A stretch of 64,000 bases of DNA from an uncultured Oscillospiraceae bacterium (GCA_958477305.1 CAUEFI010000004.1:114770-178769), one strand, 5' to 3'. Numbered from the stretch's first letter, positions 7,036-15,430 are shown. The notes: generated from the sequence alone by a model not told the origin. Numbers and translations are program-made.

Positions 7036-9744
7036 ATGTTTCAGGCCCCGAAACTGACAGACGCCGGCAAAAACCTGTATTACAGGAATATGGCCGGTGA
7101 GGGGATCAAATTCACAACCATTCAGCTGGGCAACGGCACAATCAGCGGTCCGATCTCCGCTATGACGGCCCTTGTCAGCGCCGTGGTGACCATTGACGCC
7201 GAGGTGAAAAACAACGCGGAGCAGTACGCCGACGTGTCCGGCCATTTCTCCAACGCAGAACTGGAGGAGGGTTTTTACTGGCGCGAGATCGGCGTGTTTG
7301 CGGCGGATCCCGATTACCCCAATGACCGCAGCCACGACATTCTTTACTGCTACCAAAACGCCTATGACACGGCGGACTTTATCCCCGTGGCGTCGGTGGA
7401 AACGGTGGAAAAAAACATTACCGTGCCCATTATCGTGGGCGACGCCTCCACGGTGTCCTGCACCCTGTCCAGTTCGCAGGTGCTGGTGTCGGAGGCGGAC
7501 CTGGAGGCGCACGACAAGGACGCGAACGCCCATAATGCCCTGTTTGAGAAGATCAACAAAGAACTGGAAAAGAAACAGGACACGATCACCGCCAAGGGCA
7601 TTTTGAAAGGCGACCAAGACGCAAAGGGAAACCCCACCGTGACCAAGGCCACGCCGGGCGTGGACTACCAGCAGCCCACCCAAGTGCTGACGGAAAGCAA
7701 CGCCATGGCCCTGACGGACACGGTTCCGTTTTTCTCCGGTGCTGACGGGCAAAATCGTAAGGTCACGCTGAAAAAGCTAAAGGAGGCCCTGGGCGTCCAG
7801 TCTGCCAGTATCAACGTGACGACCTGCGCCGGTGCGGCGGTGGTTTGCACGGACGGAGAAACCACCCTGAACGGCGTGGGTTCCACCAAGTTCTCCCTGC
7901 CGGAGAACACCGGCACCTGGGAGGTAACCGCCACCCTGAACGGCCACACGGCCAGCGCCGTGGTGGAGGTCACCGGCGCCATGCAGTACAACGTGGATCT
8001 GGTGATTACCTCCAGCGTGGCAGTCACCCACGCACCCACGAAAACCACCTACAACGTGGGGGAAACATTCGACCCCACCGGCCTGGTGGTCACCGCCACC
8101 TATGCCGACGGCACCACGGAGGACGTAACGGACGGCTGCACGTTCAGCCCCACCGTTATGGCAGCCAGCACCGCGGCGGTGACGATCAAATACCAGCGGG
8201 CGGGCGTGACGGTCACGACCACCCAGGCGGTCACGGTCCTGGAAATGTCCAGCATTTCCGTGAAAACCGCACCAAACAAAACCGCATATTACATCGGTGA
8301 GAGTTTCGACGCCACCGGAATGGTGATTGAGGCCACCATGTCCAACGGCACCAAAAAGACCGTGACGGGCTGGACGTACACCCCCAGCGGCGCCCTTTCC
8401 AAGACGGACACGGCGGTGACGATCTCCTACACGGAAAACGGCGTCACAAAGACCTGCACCCAGGCAATCACGATCCGCACCCTGTCCAGCATTTCCGTGA
8501 CGACGGCACCCGCAAAAACCGCCTACAAGTACGGGGAAAAGTTCAGCAGCGCCGGAATGGTGATTACCGCCAAATATTCGGACAACGCCACCCGCGTGGT
8601 GAGCGGCTGGACCTATTCGCCCACCGGCGCCCTGGGGCTGGCCAATACAACGATCACGATTACCTACGCAGAGGGCGGCGTGAGTAAGACCTGCACCCAG
8701 GCCATTACCGTGAGCAACTACCTTTCCGGTATCGCGGTGACCCACGCACCCACGAAAACCTCCTATTTCACCGGTGAAACGTTCAACAGCGCGGGAATGG
8801 TGGTCACCGCTACCATGGCAGACGGCAGTAAAAAGACCGTCACCGGCTACACCTGCAGCCCCACCACCATGGCAGCCAACACCACGGCGGTCACCGTCAG
8901 CTATTCCGAGGGCGGCGTGACCAAGACGACCACCACCCCGGTGACGGTCACCAGCATTTCCAACACGCTGGCCTCCAACAGCTGGGCAACGATCCGCGCC
9001 GTGTCCGACGCCGGAAAGGGGTCCAATTACTGGAGCGTGGGTGACGCCAAGGGGATCACGATCAACGGCAAAGTGGGCGCCACGACGATCTCCAACCTGT
9101 CCATTTCCGTGTTTATCCTGGGTTTCAACCACAACGCCAGCCGCGAGGGCAGCAACCGGATCCATTTCCAGATCGGCAAGATCAACGGCACCCTGGTGGG
9201 CCTGGTAGACGGCAATTACGGAAGCAGTACCAGCACCACCGGCGCCTTTACCATGAACACGTCATACACGAACAGCGGCGGGTGGAATAACAGCCACATG
9301 AGAAAGACCGTGCTGGGCAGCAACAGCGCCAGCGCCACCAGCCCCGCGGCCAATACCCTGCTGGCAGCCCTGCCGGCGGACCTCCGGGCGGTTATGAAGC
9401 CGGCCACCAAGTACAGCGACAACACCGGCGGCGGAAGTGACACCGCCAGCTATGTCACCAGCACCACGGATCTGTTGCCGCTGCTTTCGGAGTTTGAATA
9501 CCACGGGGCCAGGTCCTACGCCAACAGCGCGGAGAAGAATTACCAGGCCCAGTATGACTATTACAAGGCTGGAAACAGCAAGGTGCATTATAAGCACAAC
9601 GCCACCGGCACGGCGGCCTTTGTGTGGTGCCGTTCCGTCAATTCGGGCATCAGCAGCACTTTCTGCCTTGTCGGCACCGACGGCAGCGCCAGCCGTAGCG
9701 GCGCCCACTATTCCTGGGCGCTGGCCCCCTGCTTTTTTGTCTAA
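7036..9744 (+). CDS. phage tail fibre protein with four tandem Ig-like repeats; its C-terminal domain carries the DGR variable repeat
   Basis: ATG at 7036 with AGGAGG at 7021-7026; the six-frame ORF continues upstream only because the frame stays open. 903 aa with four ~79-aa repeats and a C-terminus ...FVWCRSVNSGISSTFCLVGTDGSASRSGAHYSWALAPCFFV. Confidence 0.8.
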   Translation: MFQAPKLTDAGKNLYYRNMAGEGIKFTTIQLGNGTISGPISAMTALVSAVVTIDAEVKNNAEQYADVSGHFSNAELEEGFYWREIGVFAADPDYPNDRSHDILYCYQNAYDTADFIPVASVETVEKNITVPIIVGDASTVSCTLSSSQVLVSEADLEAHDKDANAHNALFEKINKELEKKQDTITAKGILKGDQDAKGNPTVTKATPGVDYQQPTQVLTESNAMALTDTVPFFSGADGQNRKVTLKKLKEALGVQSASINVTTCAGAAVVCTDGETTLNGVGSTKFSLPENTGTWEVTATLNGHTASAVVEVTGAMQYNVDLVITSSVAVTHAPTKTTYNVGETFDPTGLVVTATYADGTTEDVTDGCTFSPTVMAASTAAVTIKYQRAGVTVTTTQAVTVLEMSSISVKTAPNKTAYYIGESFDATGMVIEATMSNGTKKTVTGWTYTPSGALSKTDTAVTISYTENGVTKTCTQAITIRTLSSISVTTAPAKTAYKYGEKFSSAGMVITAKYSDNATRVVSGWTYSPTGALGLANTTITITYAEGGVSKTCTQAITVSNYLSGIAVTHAPTKTSYFTGETFNSAGMVVTATMADGSKKTVTGYTCSPTTMAANTTAVTVSYSEGGVTKTTTTPVTVTSISNTLASNSWATIRAVSDAGKGSNYWSVGDAKGITINGKVGATTISNLSISVFILGFNHNASREGSNRIHFQIGKINGTLVGLVDGNYGSSTSTTGAFTMNTSYTNSGGWNNSHMRKTVLGSNSASATSPAANTLLAALPADLRAVMKPATKYSDNTGGGSDTASYVTSTTDLLPLLSEFEYHGARSYANSAEKNYQAQYDYYKAGNSKVHYKHNATGTAAFVWCRSVNSGISSTFCLVGTDGSASRSGAHYSWALAPCFFV
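8011..8961 (+). repeat. four tandem ~237-240-nt coding repeats (bacterial Ig-like domains) inside the tail fibre gene
   Basis: The units start at 8011, 8248, 8485 and 8725. They share the motif xTxAPxKTxYxxGExFxxxGMVxTAxxxDG...VTxxYxExGVTKTxTxxVTV. Confidence 0.7.
9610..9737 (+). repeat. DGR variable repeat (VR) at the 3' end of the tail fibre gene
   Basis: About 127 nt nearly identical to 10348-10474. All 17 differences lie where the downstream copy has A. Confidence 0.85.
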
Positions 9745-9768
9745 TCGCCGCAGCATATCCGGCAAAAT

Positions 9769-9790
9769 CCCGCCCACGGAAGTGGGCGGG
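9769..9790 (+). promoter_or_regulatory. GC hairpin with GGAA tetraloop downstream of VR (candidate DGR target-recognition hairpin/cruciform)
   Basis: cccgcccac GGAA gtgggcggg forms a perfect 9-bp stem, located 32 nt after the VR end. Confidence 0.55.
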
Positions 9791-9828
9791 AAACCCGGAC
9801 AGAGAAAGAAAACCCGTGAGGTGAAAGA

Positions 9829-10287
9829 ATGTCAGTTCTGAAAGAAAAGCGGACCGTGAGCAAAGCGGAGTATGTGAACACCGCAAACCAGATTTATGTG
9901 GAAACGGTGGGATTTTTGACGCGGCTTTCCGCCCGTTATTCCCGGCTGATTGCAGAGGGCACCGCGCAGCTGGCCGGTGAGGTCATGGACCACACCGAAA
10001 AGGCCAACAAAATATACCCGTCGGACGAACAGCGCAAAGCCCAGCGCAAGGCGCATTTGCTGGAGGCGCTGGCCTCCCTCTCTGCGCTGGACGTGCGCCT
10101 GACCCACGCCTATCTGGTTATGTACCAGAACCCGCAAGGGTGCTTTACGGCGCCCAGCGGAAAGACGGTCCCGCCCAAGGAGGCCATGGACAAGCTGGAC
10201 CGCATGGCGCAAAGCCTGGGCGAACTGATAGACAGGGAGGACACCCTGCTGCGGAATATCCTGGAGAGCGACAGGAAGCGGAAATAA
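9829..10287 (+). CDS. avd: DGR accessory variability determinant (Avd-like), helical basic protein
   Basis: A 152-aa helical protein sitting exactly between VR and TR. It has an RBS (GAGGTG) and no other recognisable family. Confidence 0.5.
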   Translation: MSVLKEKRTVSKAEYVNTANQIYVETVGFLTRLSARYSRLIAEGTAQLAGEVMDHTEKANKIYPSDEQRKAQRKAHLLEALASLSALDVRLTHAYLVMYQNPQGCFTAPSGKTVPPKEAMDKLDRMAQSLGELIDREDTLLRNILESDRKRK

Positions 10288-10347
10288 GTCATTTTTATGG
10301 GTGTATCTTTGAAAATGCGCCGGGAGGCAGGGCGGCTTTCCCCTCTG

Positions 10348-10474
10348 ACGGCGGCCAATGTGTGGTGCCGTTCCGTCAATTCGAGCAACAGCAACAATTT
10401 CTGCCTTGTCAACACCGACGGCAGCGCCAACAATAACAACGCCAACAATTCCTGGGCGCTGGCCCCCTGATTTT
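10348..10474 (+). repeat. DGR template repeat (TR), AAC/AAT-codon rich
   Basis: In the fibre frame the template reads ...aat tcg agc aac agc aac aat ttc tgc ctt gtc aac acc gac ggc agc gcc aac aat aac aac gcc aac aat tcc tgg.... Every mismatch to VR falls on a TR adenine. Confidence 0.85.
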
Positions 10475-10688
10475 GCATAACTGGGTCAAATGCAGTAACG
10501 AACGTGAACCGGACCCATGTAAAAGGAAAGATACTTCCCTGGCGAAAGCCTGAAACTGCCCGCTGATGATCCCGCGCGGACGCTGCTTGCATGGCGGGGG
10601 TATTGTGCTAACCCCGTTTCATGCGCTGGATCGAAGCAGTTTAGACGCACACCAACACCACAACTGTACGGAGGGCGAATACTTTTCT

Positions 10689-11813
10689 ATGACAAGCGAA
10701 CAGCGCCGCGAGGCGCGTTACAGACGCCGCCAGACAAGGCGGCAGGCAAAGCGAAAGGCCCGCAGCGACGCCCTGGGGCCGATTGAGGAAGTTTTCAGTT
10801 ACCGCGCCATGTTTTTCTATGGCCGGAAATGCTGCAACGGCGTGAGGTGGAAAGCCAGCACACAGCGGTTTGAAATGCACCTGTTTTCCGGCACCGCCAA
10901 GCGCCGGCGCAAGATCCTGAATGGAACATGGAAGCCAGGCAAAACCGCCCATTTCACCCTGAAAGAACGGGGCAAGGTTCGACCAATAGACGCGCCGCAC
11001 ATTGAGGATCGGCAGGTTTATAAGGTTCTGACCAAAAAGGTACTGGTGCCGCTGTATGTGCCCAGTATGATCTACGACAACAAAGCCAGCCAGAAAGGCG
11101 GCGGCCTGCATTTCCATTACAGACGCCTGGCCAAGCACCTGCGGGACCATTACCGCAAGCATGGCCTGGAGGGTGCCCTGTTCCTGATGGATTTTCACCA
11201 CTTTTTCCCGGACGCGCCCCACGCGCTGCTGTATGAGCGGCACCGGGGCATAATCCTAAACCCGGACCTGCGGCAGTTGGCCGATCTGGTGGTGGCAGCT
11301 GTGCAGGGCGGCGTGGGTATGCCGCTGGGCGTGGAGCCAAGCCAGCAGGAAATGGTGGCGCTGCCGTCCTCCCTGGACAACCGGATCAAAGCCCAGCTTT
11401 CGATCCATGGCGCTGCCCATTACATGGACGACTATTACACCATTCTGCCGTCGAAGCGGGCGGCGGAGGTGACCGCGGCGGACGTGATCGGCCACGCGGA
11501 GGCCATGGGCCTGCAGGTCAACGCCGGAAAGTCAAAAGTGGTTCCGTTCTCCAGACCGTTCCGGTTCTGCAAAGCAAAGTTTCAGGTGACGGAAACCGGC
11601 GCCGTGAAGATCCACGGCTGCCGGGACGGAATGAAGCGGGCACGGCGGAAACTGCGGCTTTTCCAGGCGCGTGTGGCCAGCGGTGAAATGACGGTGGAGC
11701 AGGTGGCCCAATGGCTGCAAACACCGATTTCCTACTATGAGAACTTCAACGATCACGGCAGGGTGCTGAAACTGCGGCGGCTATTTTATGCGATTTTCAA
11801 AACGGAGGTGTAA
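10689..11813 (+). CDS. DGR reverse transcriptase
   Basis: It has a YMDD box (HYMDDYYT) and an upstream SQ motif (NKASQKGG), and lies immediately downstream of TR. ATG 10689 has a GGAGGG RBS. The six-frame ORF's 5' extension from 10566 is probably untranslated. Confidence 0.85.
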   Translation: MTSEQRREARYRRRQTRRQAKRKARSDALGPIEEVFSYRAMFFYGRKCCNGVRWKASTQRFEMHLFSGTAKRRRKILNGTWKPGKTAHFTLKERGKVRPIDAPHIEDRQVYKVLTKKVLVPLYVPSMIYDNKASQKGGGLHFHYRRLAKHLRDHYRKHGLEGALFLMDFHHFFPDAPHALLYERHRGIILNPDLRQLADLVVAAVQGGVGMPLGVEPSQQEMVALPSSLDNRIKAQLSIHGAAHYMDDYYTILPSKRAAEVTAADVIGHAEAMGLQVNAGKSKVVPFSRPFRFCKAKFQVTETGAVKIHGCRDGMKRARRKLRLFQARVASGEMTVEQVAQWLQTPISYYENFNDHGRVLKLRRLFYAIFKTEV

Positions 11814-11816
11814 ACC

Positions 11817-12428
11817 ATGTTCAAGATCACAAAAGACGGGGCGACCGTGGCCATGACCGAGGCCCCCAACTACATCAAGCAGGCGGAAAACGGCTGTTTC
11901 GTGCTGTGCCCGGAGGCGGAGGCCACGGGGATCGCATACAACGGCACCGTTTACCACCTCCTGGGACGCCCTGACATGGCGGGGGCAGAAATCACGGTCA
12001 TGCTGGAAGAAACGGACGCGGGAGTGGAGATCGCCAAGGCGGCAGACGCTACGGGGATCGTGTTCGTCACAATGGCGGAGGCCGGAAGCGTGGACGCCAC
12101 AACGGCGGCGGAACACGCGGACCTTTTCGCGCCGTGGGCGGTGCCGGTAGCCTATACCGTGGGCCAGATCCGCAGATATACGGACGGGAAGCTGTATAAA
12201 TGCGTTCAGGCCCATACGTCACAAGCGGACTGGACGCCGGACAAAACCGCAAGCCTTTGGACGCCGGTTTCCGATCCGGCGGAGGAATGGCCGGAATGGT
12301 CCCAGCCGGTCGGCGCACATGACGCATACAGCAAGGACGCCAAGGTGTCGCACAATGGCAAGCATTGGACCAGCACCGTGGACAGCAACGTGTGGGAGCC
12401 TGGCGTGTACGGGTGGACGGAGGTGTAA
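11817..12428 (+). CDS. phage protein with two C-terminal CBM5/12 carbohydrate-binding modules
   Basis: AYTVGQIRRYTDGKLYKCVQAHTSQADWTPDKTASLWTP matches the chitin-binding-domain type 3 consensus (AYxxGQxVxYNGKxYKCxQxHTSxxGWxP...ALW). A second, weaker copy follows. Confidence 0.6.
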   Translation: MFKITKDGATVAMTEAPNYIKQAENGCFVLCPEAEATGIAYNGTVYHLLGRPDMAGAEITVMLEETDAGVEIAKAADATGIVFVTMAEAGSVDATTAAEHADLFAPWAVPVAYTVGQIRRYTDGKLYKCVQAHTSQADWTPDKTASLWTPVSDPAEEWPEWSQPVGAHDAYSKDAKVSHNGKHWTSTVDSNVWEPGVYGWTEV

Positions 12429-12431
12429 GCC

Positions 12432-12833
12432 GTGGGCGCTGCCTACATCGTAAGAAAAAGAGCGCGGTTTGTGAGTATCAACGGCCCCGTAAACCTCCCG
12501 TATGGTACGCCTGTGGACGCTGTGGACGGGTTCCTGGTACATAAAGGCCGCCCACTATGCGCGGTCACCAGCGAAAGCGCACACCGCTATTTTGCACGAA
12601 ATGACGACGGAAACGGGAAAGCCCGCGGCGCCCTGATCGGCGCTATCACGGCCAAGCTGGAGCGGAAAGACGCCGGCCATCAAATGCGCTGGGATCTCCT
12701 GTGGAGCGACCCGGAGGCGCAGAAATTACGCCACCCGGATCATGCGGATTATTGGCTGTGGGGACACGCCTTTTTTGAGGCGGACATGGCAGACCTGGAA
12801 CACGTCGCCGGGCTGATCGGTGCGAGGAGGTGA
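12432..12833 (+). CDS. hypothetical phage protein (GTG start)
   Basis: A 133-aa ORF packed tightly against its neighbours. Confidence 0.35.
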   Translation: MGAAYIVRKRARFVSINGPVNLPYGTPVDAVDGFLVHKGRPLCAVTSESAHRYFARNDDGNGKARGALIGAITAKLERKDAGHQMRWDLLWSDPEAQKLRHPDHADYWLWGHAFFEADMADLEHVAGLIGARR

Positions 12834-12840
12834 CGCTGCC

Positions 12841-13020
12841 ATGGATTATATGAAGCTGGTGGCGGACCTCTGCCAGATCATTGACCGCCAGAACGAAATC
12901 ACCAAGGCCATGGTGGTGCAGCTGGGACAGCGCGACGCCCTCCGGTATGAGGAGGAAATGGCGGCAGTTCGGCGGGACTACGATACCGCCATGGGGGAGG
13001 TGGATCCGTGCAAAAACTAA
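12841..13020 (+). CDS. hypothetical small phage protein
   Basis: 59 aa. ATG 12841 follows a GAGGAGGTGA RBS. Confidence 0.35.
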   Translation: MDYMKLVADLCQIIDRQNEITKAMVVQLGQRDALRYEEEMAAVRRDYDTAMGEVDPCKN

Positions 13021-13460
13021 TTGAAACACTGTCCACCGTGAGCGTAGGCCAGGCGCTGACTGGCGGCGTCACCGTGGTGGCGCTGGTGTCCGTGTTTATC
13101 GAAATTACCCCGGTGAAGATCAACCCGGTTTCCAAGTTTCTGGCCTGGCTGGGGCGGAAGATCAACAGCGAAGTGATCGCCAAGGTGGACAGGCTGGAAA
13201 CCGAGATGCAGGCCATGAGGAAAGCGGACGGAGAGCAGGAGGCCATAAACTGCCGTTACCGGATCCTACGGTTCGGGGACGAAGTAAAACACGGCACCCG
13301 GCACAGTCAGGAACATTTTGAGCAGATCCTGGCCGATATTGACGCCTACGAAATCTATTGCAAGGATCACAAGGATTTCAAGAACAACAAAACCAAAGTG
13401 ACCACGGAGCGGATCCTGGACGTTTACCGCAAGTGCGTGGAAACGGACGATTTTTTGTAA
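13008..13460 (+). CDS. membrane-anchored phage protein (possible lysis accessory), N-terminal TM
   Basis: GTG start after GGGGGAGGTGG, a single N-terminal TM segment (GGVTVVALVSVFIEI) and a soluble helical remainder. Confidence 0.4.
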   Translation: MQKLIETLSTVSVGQALTGGVTVVALVSVFIEITPVKINPVSKFLAWLGRKINSEVIAKVDRLETEMQAMRKADGEQEAINCRYRILRFGDEVKHGTRHSQEHFEQILADIDAYEIYCKDHKDFKNNKTKVTTERILDVYRKCVETDDFL

Positions 13461-13472
13461 TGGGAGGAAGCC

Positions 13473-13886
13473 GTGAAAATCTTTATTGTGGCCGCGGCGG
13501 CGTGGGCTGCCGGTGCCCTCCTGGGCTATTTCGTGGCCCGGCTGGCGTATAAGCACCTGCGGAAGCGTCTGCGGACGCTGCGGCAGGAACGGAAGCCGCC
13601 TAAAAAGAAAATGGGCACCATGGACAGGATCCTGGTTCTGGAAGCGGTTTTCCTGGTGGCGTACACGGTGGCCGATCTGGTGGTTTTCTGGCACACCGGA
13701 TCCGAGCCTGCCACGCTGACCGGCTGCGTGTTCGGCGTGTGCGGCCTGGAAAACGGCGTCATGGGCTGGATCAAGACCAACAAGGACAAGGCGGCGGAGG
13801 CCGCCGGAACGAGCGGGAGCGGCACCCAGCCGCCCCCGGAGGAACCGCCCGCGGGCACCGGCGAACCACCGGACGCGGGCCTGTGA
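13473..13886 (+). CDS. putative holin (3 TM segments, Pro/Glu-rich C-tail)
   Basis: GTG start after GGGAGGAAG and three hydrophobic helices, placed directly upstream of the endolysin. Confidence 0.4.
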   Translation: MKIFIVAAAAWAAGALLGYFVARLAYKHLRKRLRTLRQERKPPKKKMGTMDRILVLEAVFLVAYTVADLVVFWHTGSEPATLTGCVFGVCGLENGVMGWIKTNKDKAAEAAGTSGSGTQPPPEEPPAGTGEPPDAGL

Positions 13887-13902
13887 GGAGGTATAAACAA
13901 AC

Positions 13903-14775
13903 ATGACTGGAAACGAACTGCGCCGAAAGGTGGCGGACATTATCAACGCATGGGACGGAGCAACCAGAGGCAGCGCCAAGCACCTGGAGATCCTGAACAT
14001 CTACAACAACCACAAGCCGCTGGCAAGAGGTTACCGCGTACAGGTGGGTGACGCCCATTGTGCCACCACGACCTCCGCGGCGTACATCAAGGCAGGGATC
14101 GCGGAGTACACCGGGACGGAGTGCGGCGTGGGAAAGTACGTCGAGATCGCCAAGAAAAAAGGGATCTGGACGGAGAACGACGCATACACCCCCAAGGTGG
14201 GCGACGCCTGCGTGTACGACTGGCAGGACGGGGCCAACTACGCCACCACCGACAACACCGGCGCACCGGATCACATTGGCATTGTCACCAAGGTGGGCGG
14301 CGGCACCTTTGTGGTCACAGAGGGAAACATGAACGGCGGCAAGGTGGGCAAGCGCACCATGAAAGTGAACGGGCGGTATATCCGCGGTTTCATTACCCCG
14401 GACTTTGACATGATCGCCCGGAAACTGGGCGGTACGTCCGGCGGGACGGCGGACAAGCCAACGAAACCGACGACCCAGGCGGCGGGTACATACACCGTAA
14501 AGAGCGGCGACACCCTTTCCCGTATCGCCGCGAAGTACGGCACCACCGTGGCCAAACTGGTAGAGATCAACGGCATTAAAAACCCGAACCTGATCCGTGT
14601 GGGCCAGGTCCTCCGCCTGCCCGGCGGAGCCGTCAAGTACACCGTTGTGGCCGGGGACACCCTTTCCCGTATCGCCGCGAAGTACGGCACCACCGTGGCC
14701 AAGCTGGCAGCAGACAACGGGATCAAAAATCCGAACCTGATCCATGTGGGCCAGGTTATCACCATCAACAAATAA
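13903..14775 (+). CDS. endolysin: N-terminal CHAP peptidase domain with two C-terminal LysM repeats
   Basis: CHAP Cys/His motifs ([13 protein letters not shown] ... [10 protein letters not shown]) are followed by two near-identical LysM units ([23 protein letters not shown]...). A strong RBS (GAGGAGG) precedes it. Confidence 0.85.
   Translation: MTGNELRRKVADIINAWDGATRGSAKHLEILNIYNNHKPLARGYRVQVGDAHCATTTSAAYIKAGIAEYTGTECGVGKYVEIAKKKGIWTENDAYTPKVGDACVYDWQDGANYATTDNTGAPDHIGIVTKVGGGTFVVTEGNMNGGKVGKRTMKVNGRYIRGFITPDFDMIARKLGGTSGGTADKPTKPTTQAAGTYTVKSGDTLSRIAAKYGTTVAKLVEINGIKNPNLIRVGQVLRLPGGAVKYTVVAGDTLSRIAAKYGTTVAKLAADNGIKNPNLIHVGQVITINK
14491..14769 (+). repeat. tandem duplicated LysM-coding units within endolysin (14491-14622 and 14638-14769)
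   Basis: The two copies share a 47-nt identical core (gacaccctttcccgtatcgccgcgaagtacggcaccaccgtggccaa). Confidence 0.7.
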
Positions 14776-14794
14776 TTTTGCCGGAGGTGCTGGA

Positions 14795-14965
14795 ATGGTT
14801 ATTATCAAGGCGCTGGCCTGGGCGCTTTCCCTGGCCGCTGTGGTCACCTGGCTGGTGGCCCTGGTACGCTGGGACGGTTCGATCCCCTGTGATCGGAGCC
14901 AATGCGAAAGCTGCCCATTTCCGCGGTGCCACGAAAATGGCCAGGACAGCACCGGGCAGGAATGA
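14795..14965 (+). CDS. small single-TM membrane protein (Cys-rich C-terminus)
   Basis: ATG 14795 after GGAGGTG encodes MVIIKALAWALSLAAVVTWLVALVRW.... Confidence 0.3.
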   Translation: MVIIKALAWALSLAAVVTWLVALVRWDGSIPCDRSQCESCPFPRCHENGQDSTGQE

Positions 14966-14974
14966 GAGGTAAAA

Positions 14975-15385
14975 ATGGAACAGACTATTATCCGCCTGGC
15001 CATTGGCCTGGTTCTTTTGGTGGCTGTCAACGTCGTGCTGGGCAGCCTGAACGCCCTTTTTGACGGGACTTTCGACCGTATCAAATGCCGGAACGGCGTC
15101 ATTAAGGGGATCATTATTGCCGCCTGTTTCGTCGCTTTCTATGTAGCGGGACGCCTGAACCCCGATATTGTGGCAATCGACATTGACGGCGAAACGGTCA
15201 ACGTGGCAACAGCCGCCAACCTGGCCATGGTGACGGCCTATGTGCTGTATGCGAAAGACGTTTTTTCCAAGCTGTCCAAGCTGGTTTTGAGCAAAACGAG
15301 CGGGACGCCGGAGCAGACCGGCGGAACCACGCCGCCCGCATTGGAGGAACCGGCGGACGCGGCGGAGGCCACCGCAGCAGAATAA
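14975..15385 (+). CDS. putative phage holin family membrane protein
   Basis: 136 aa with 2-3 TM segments and an acidic C-tail, preceded by an RBS (GAGAGGTAAAA). Confidence 0.45.
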   Translation: MEQTIIRLAIGLVLLVAVNVVLGSLNALFDGTFDRIKCRNGVIKGIIIAACFVAFYVAGRLNPDIVAIDIDGETVNVATAANLAMVTAYVLYAKDVFSKLSKLVLSKTSGTPEQTGGTTPPALEEPADAAEATAAE

Positions 15386-15388
15386 AAA

Positions 15389-15422
15389 AGGAACCCCGGC
15401 GCCGCCCTGGCGTCGGGGTTCT
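15389..15422. terminator. GC hairpin terminator after the lysis cassette
   Basis: aaccccggcgccgccctggcgtcggggtt forms a hairpin, followed by cttctg. Confidence 0.4.
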
Positions 15423-15430
15423 TCTGCGGG

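Noticed and set aside
7777-9165. Long antisense ORFs opposite the tail fibre (and similarly opposite nifJ 44612-47275, pnp 62628-63974, oxidase genes 52162-54459)
   Set aside because: - These are typical spurious open frames of high-GC DNA on the strand opposite well-supported genes.
10140-10436. ORF overlapping the DGR template repeat
   Set aside because: - It lies inside the non-coding TR, and its apparent coding potential is due to GC-rich sequence.
10566-10688. N-terminal extension of the RT ORF
   Set aside because: - It has no RBS and no RT-like sequence.
- ATG 10689 has a GGAGGG RBS and the RT homology starts there.
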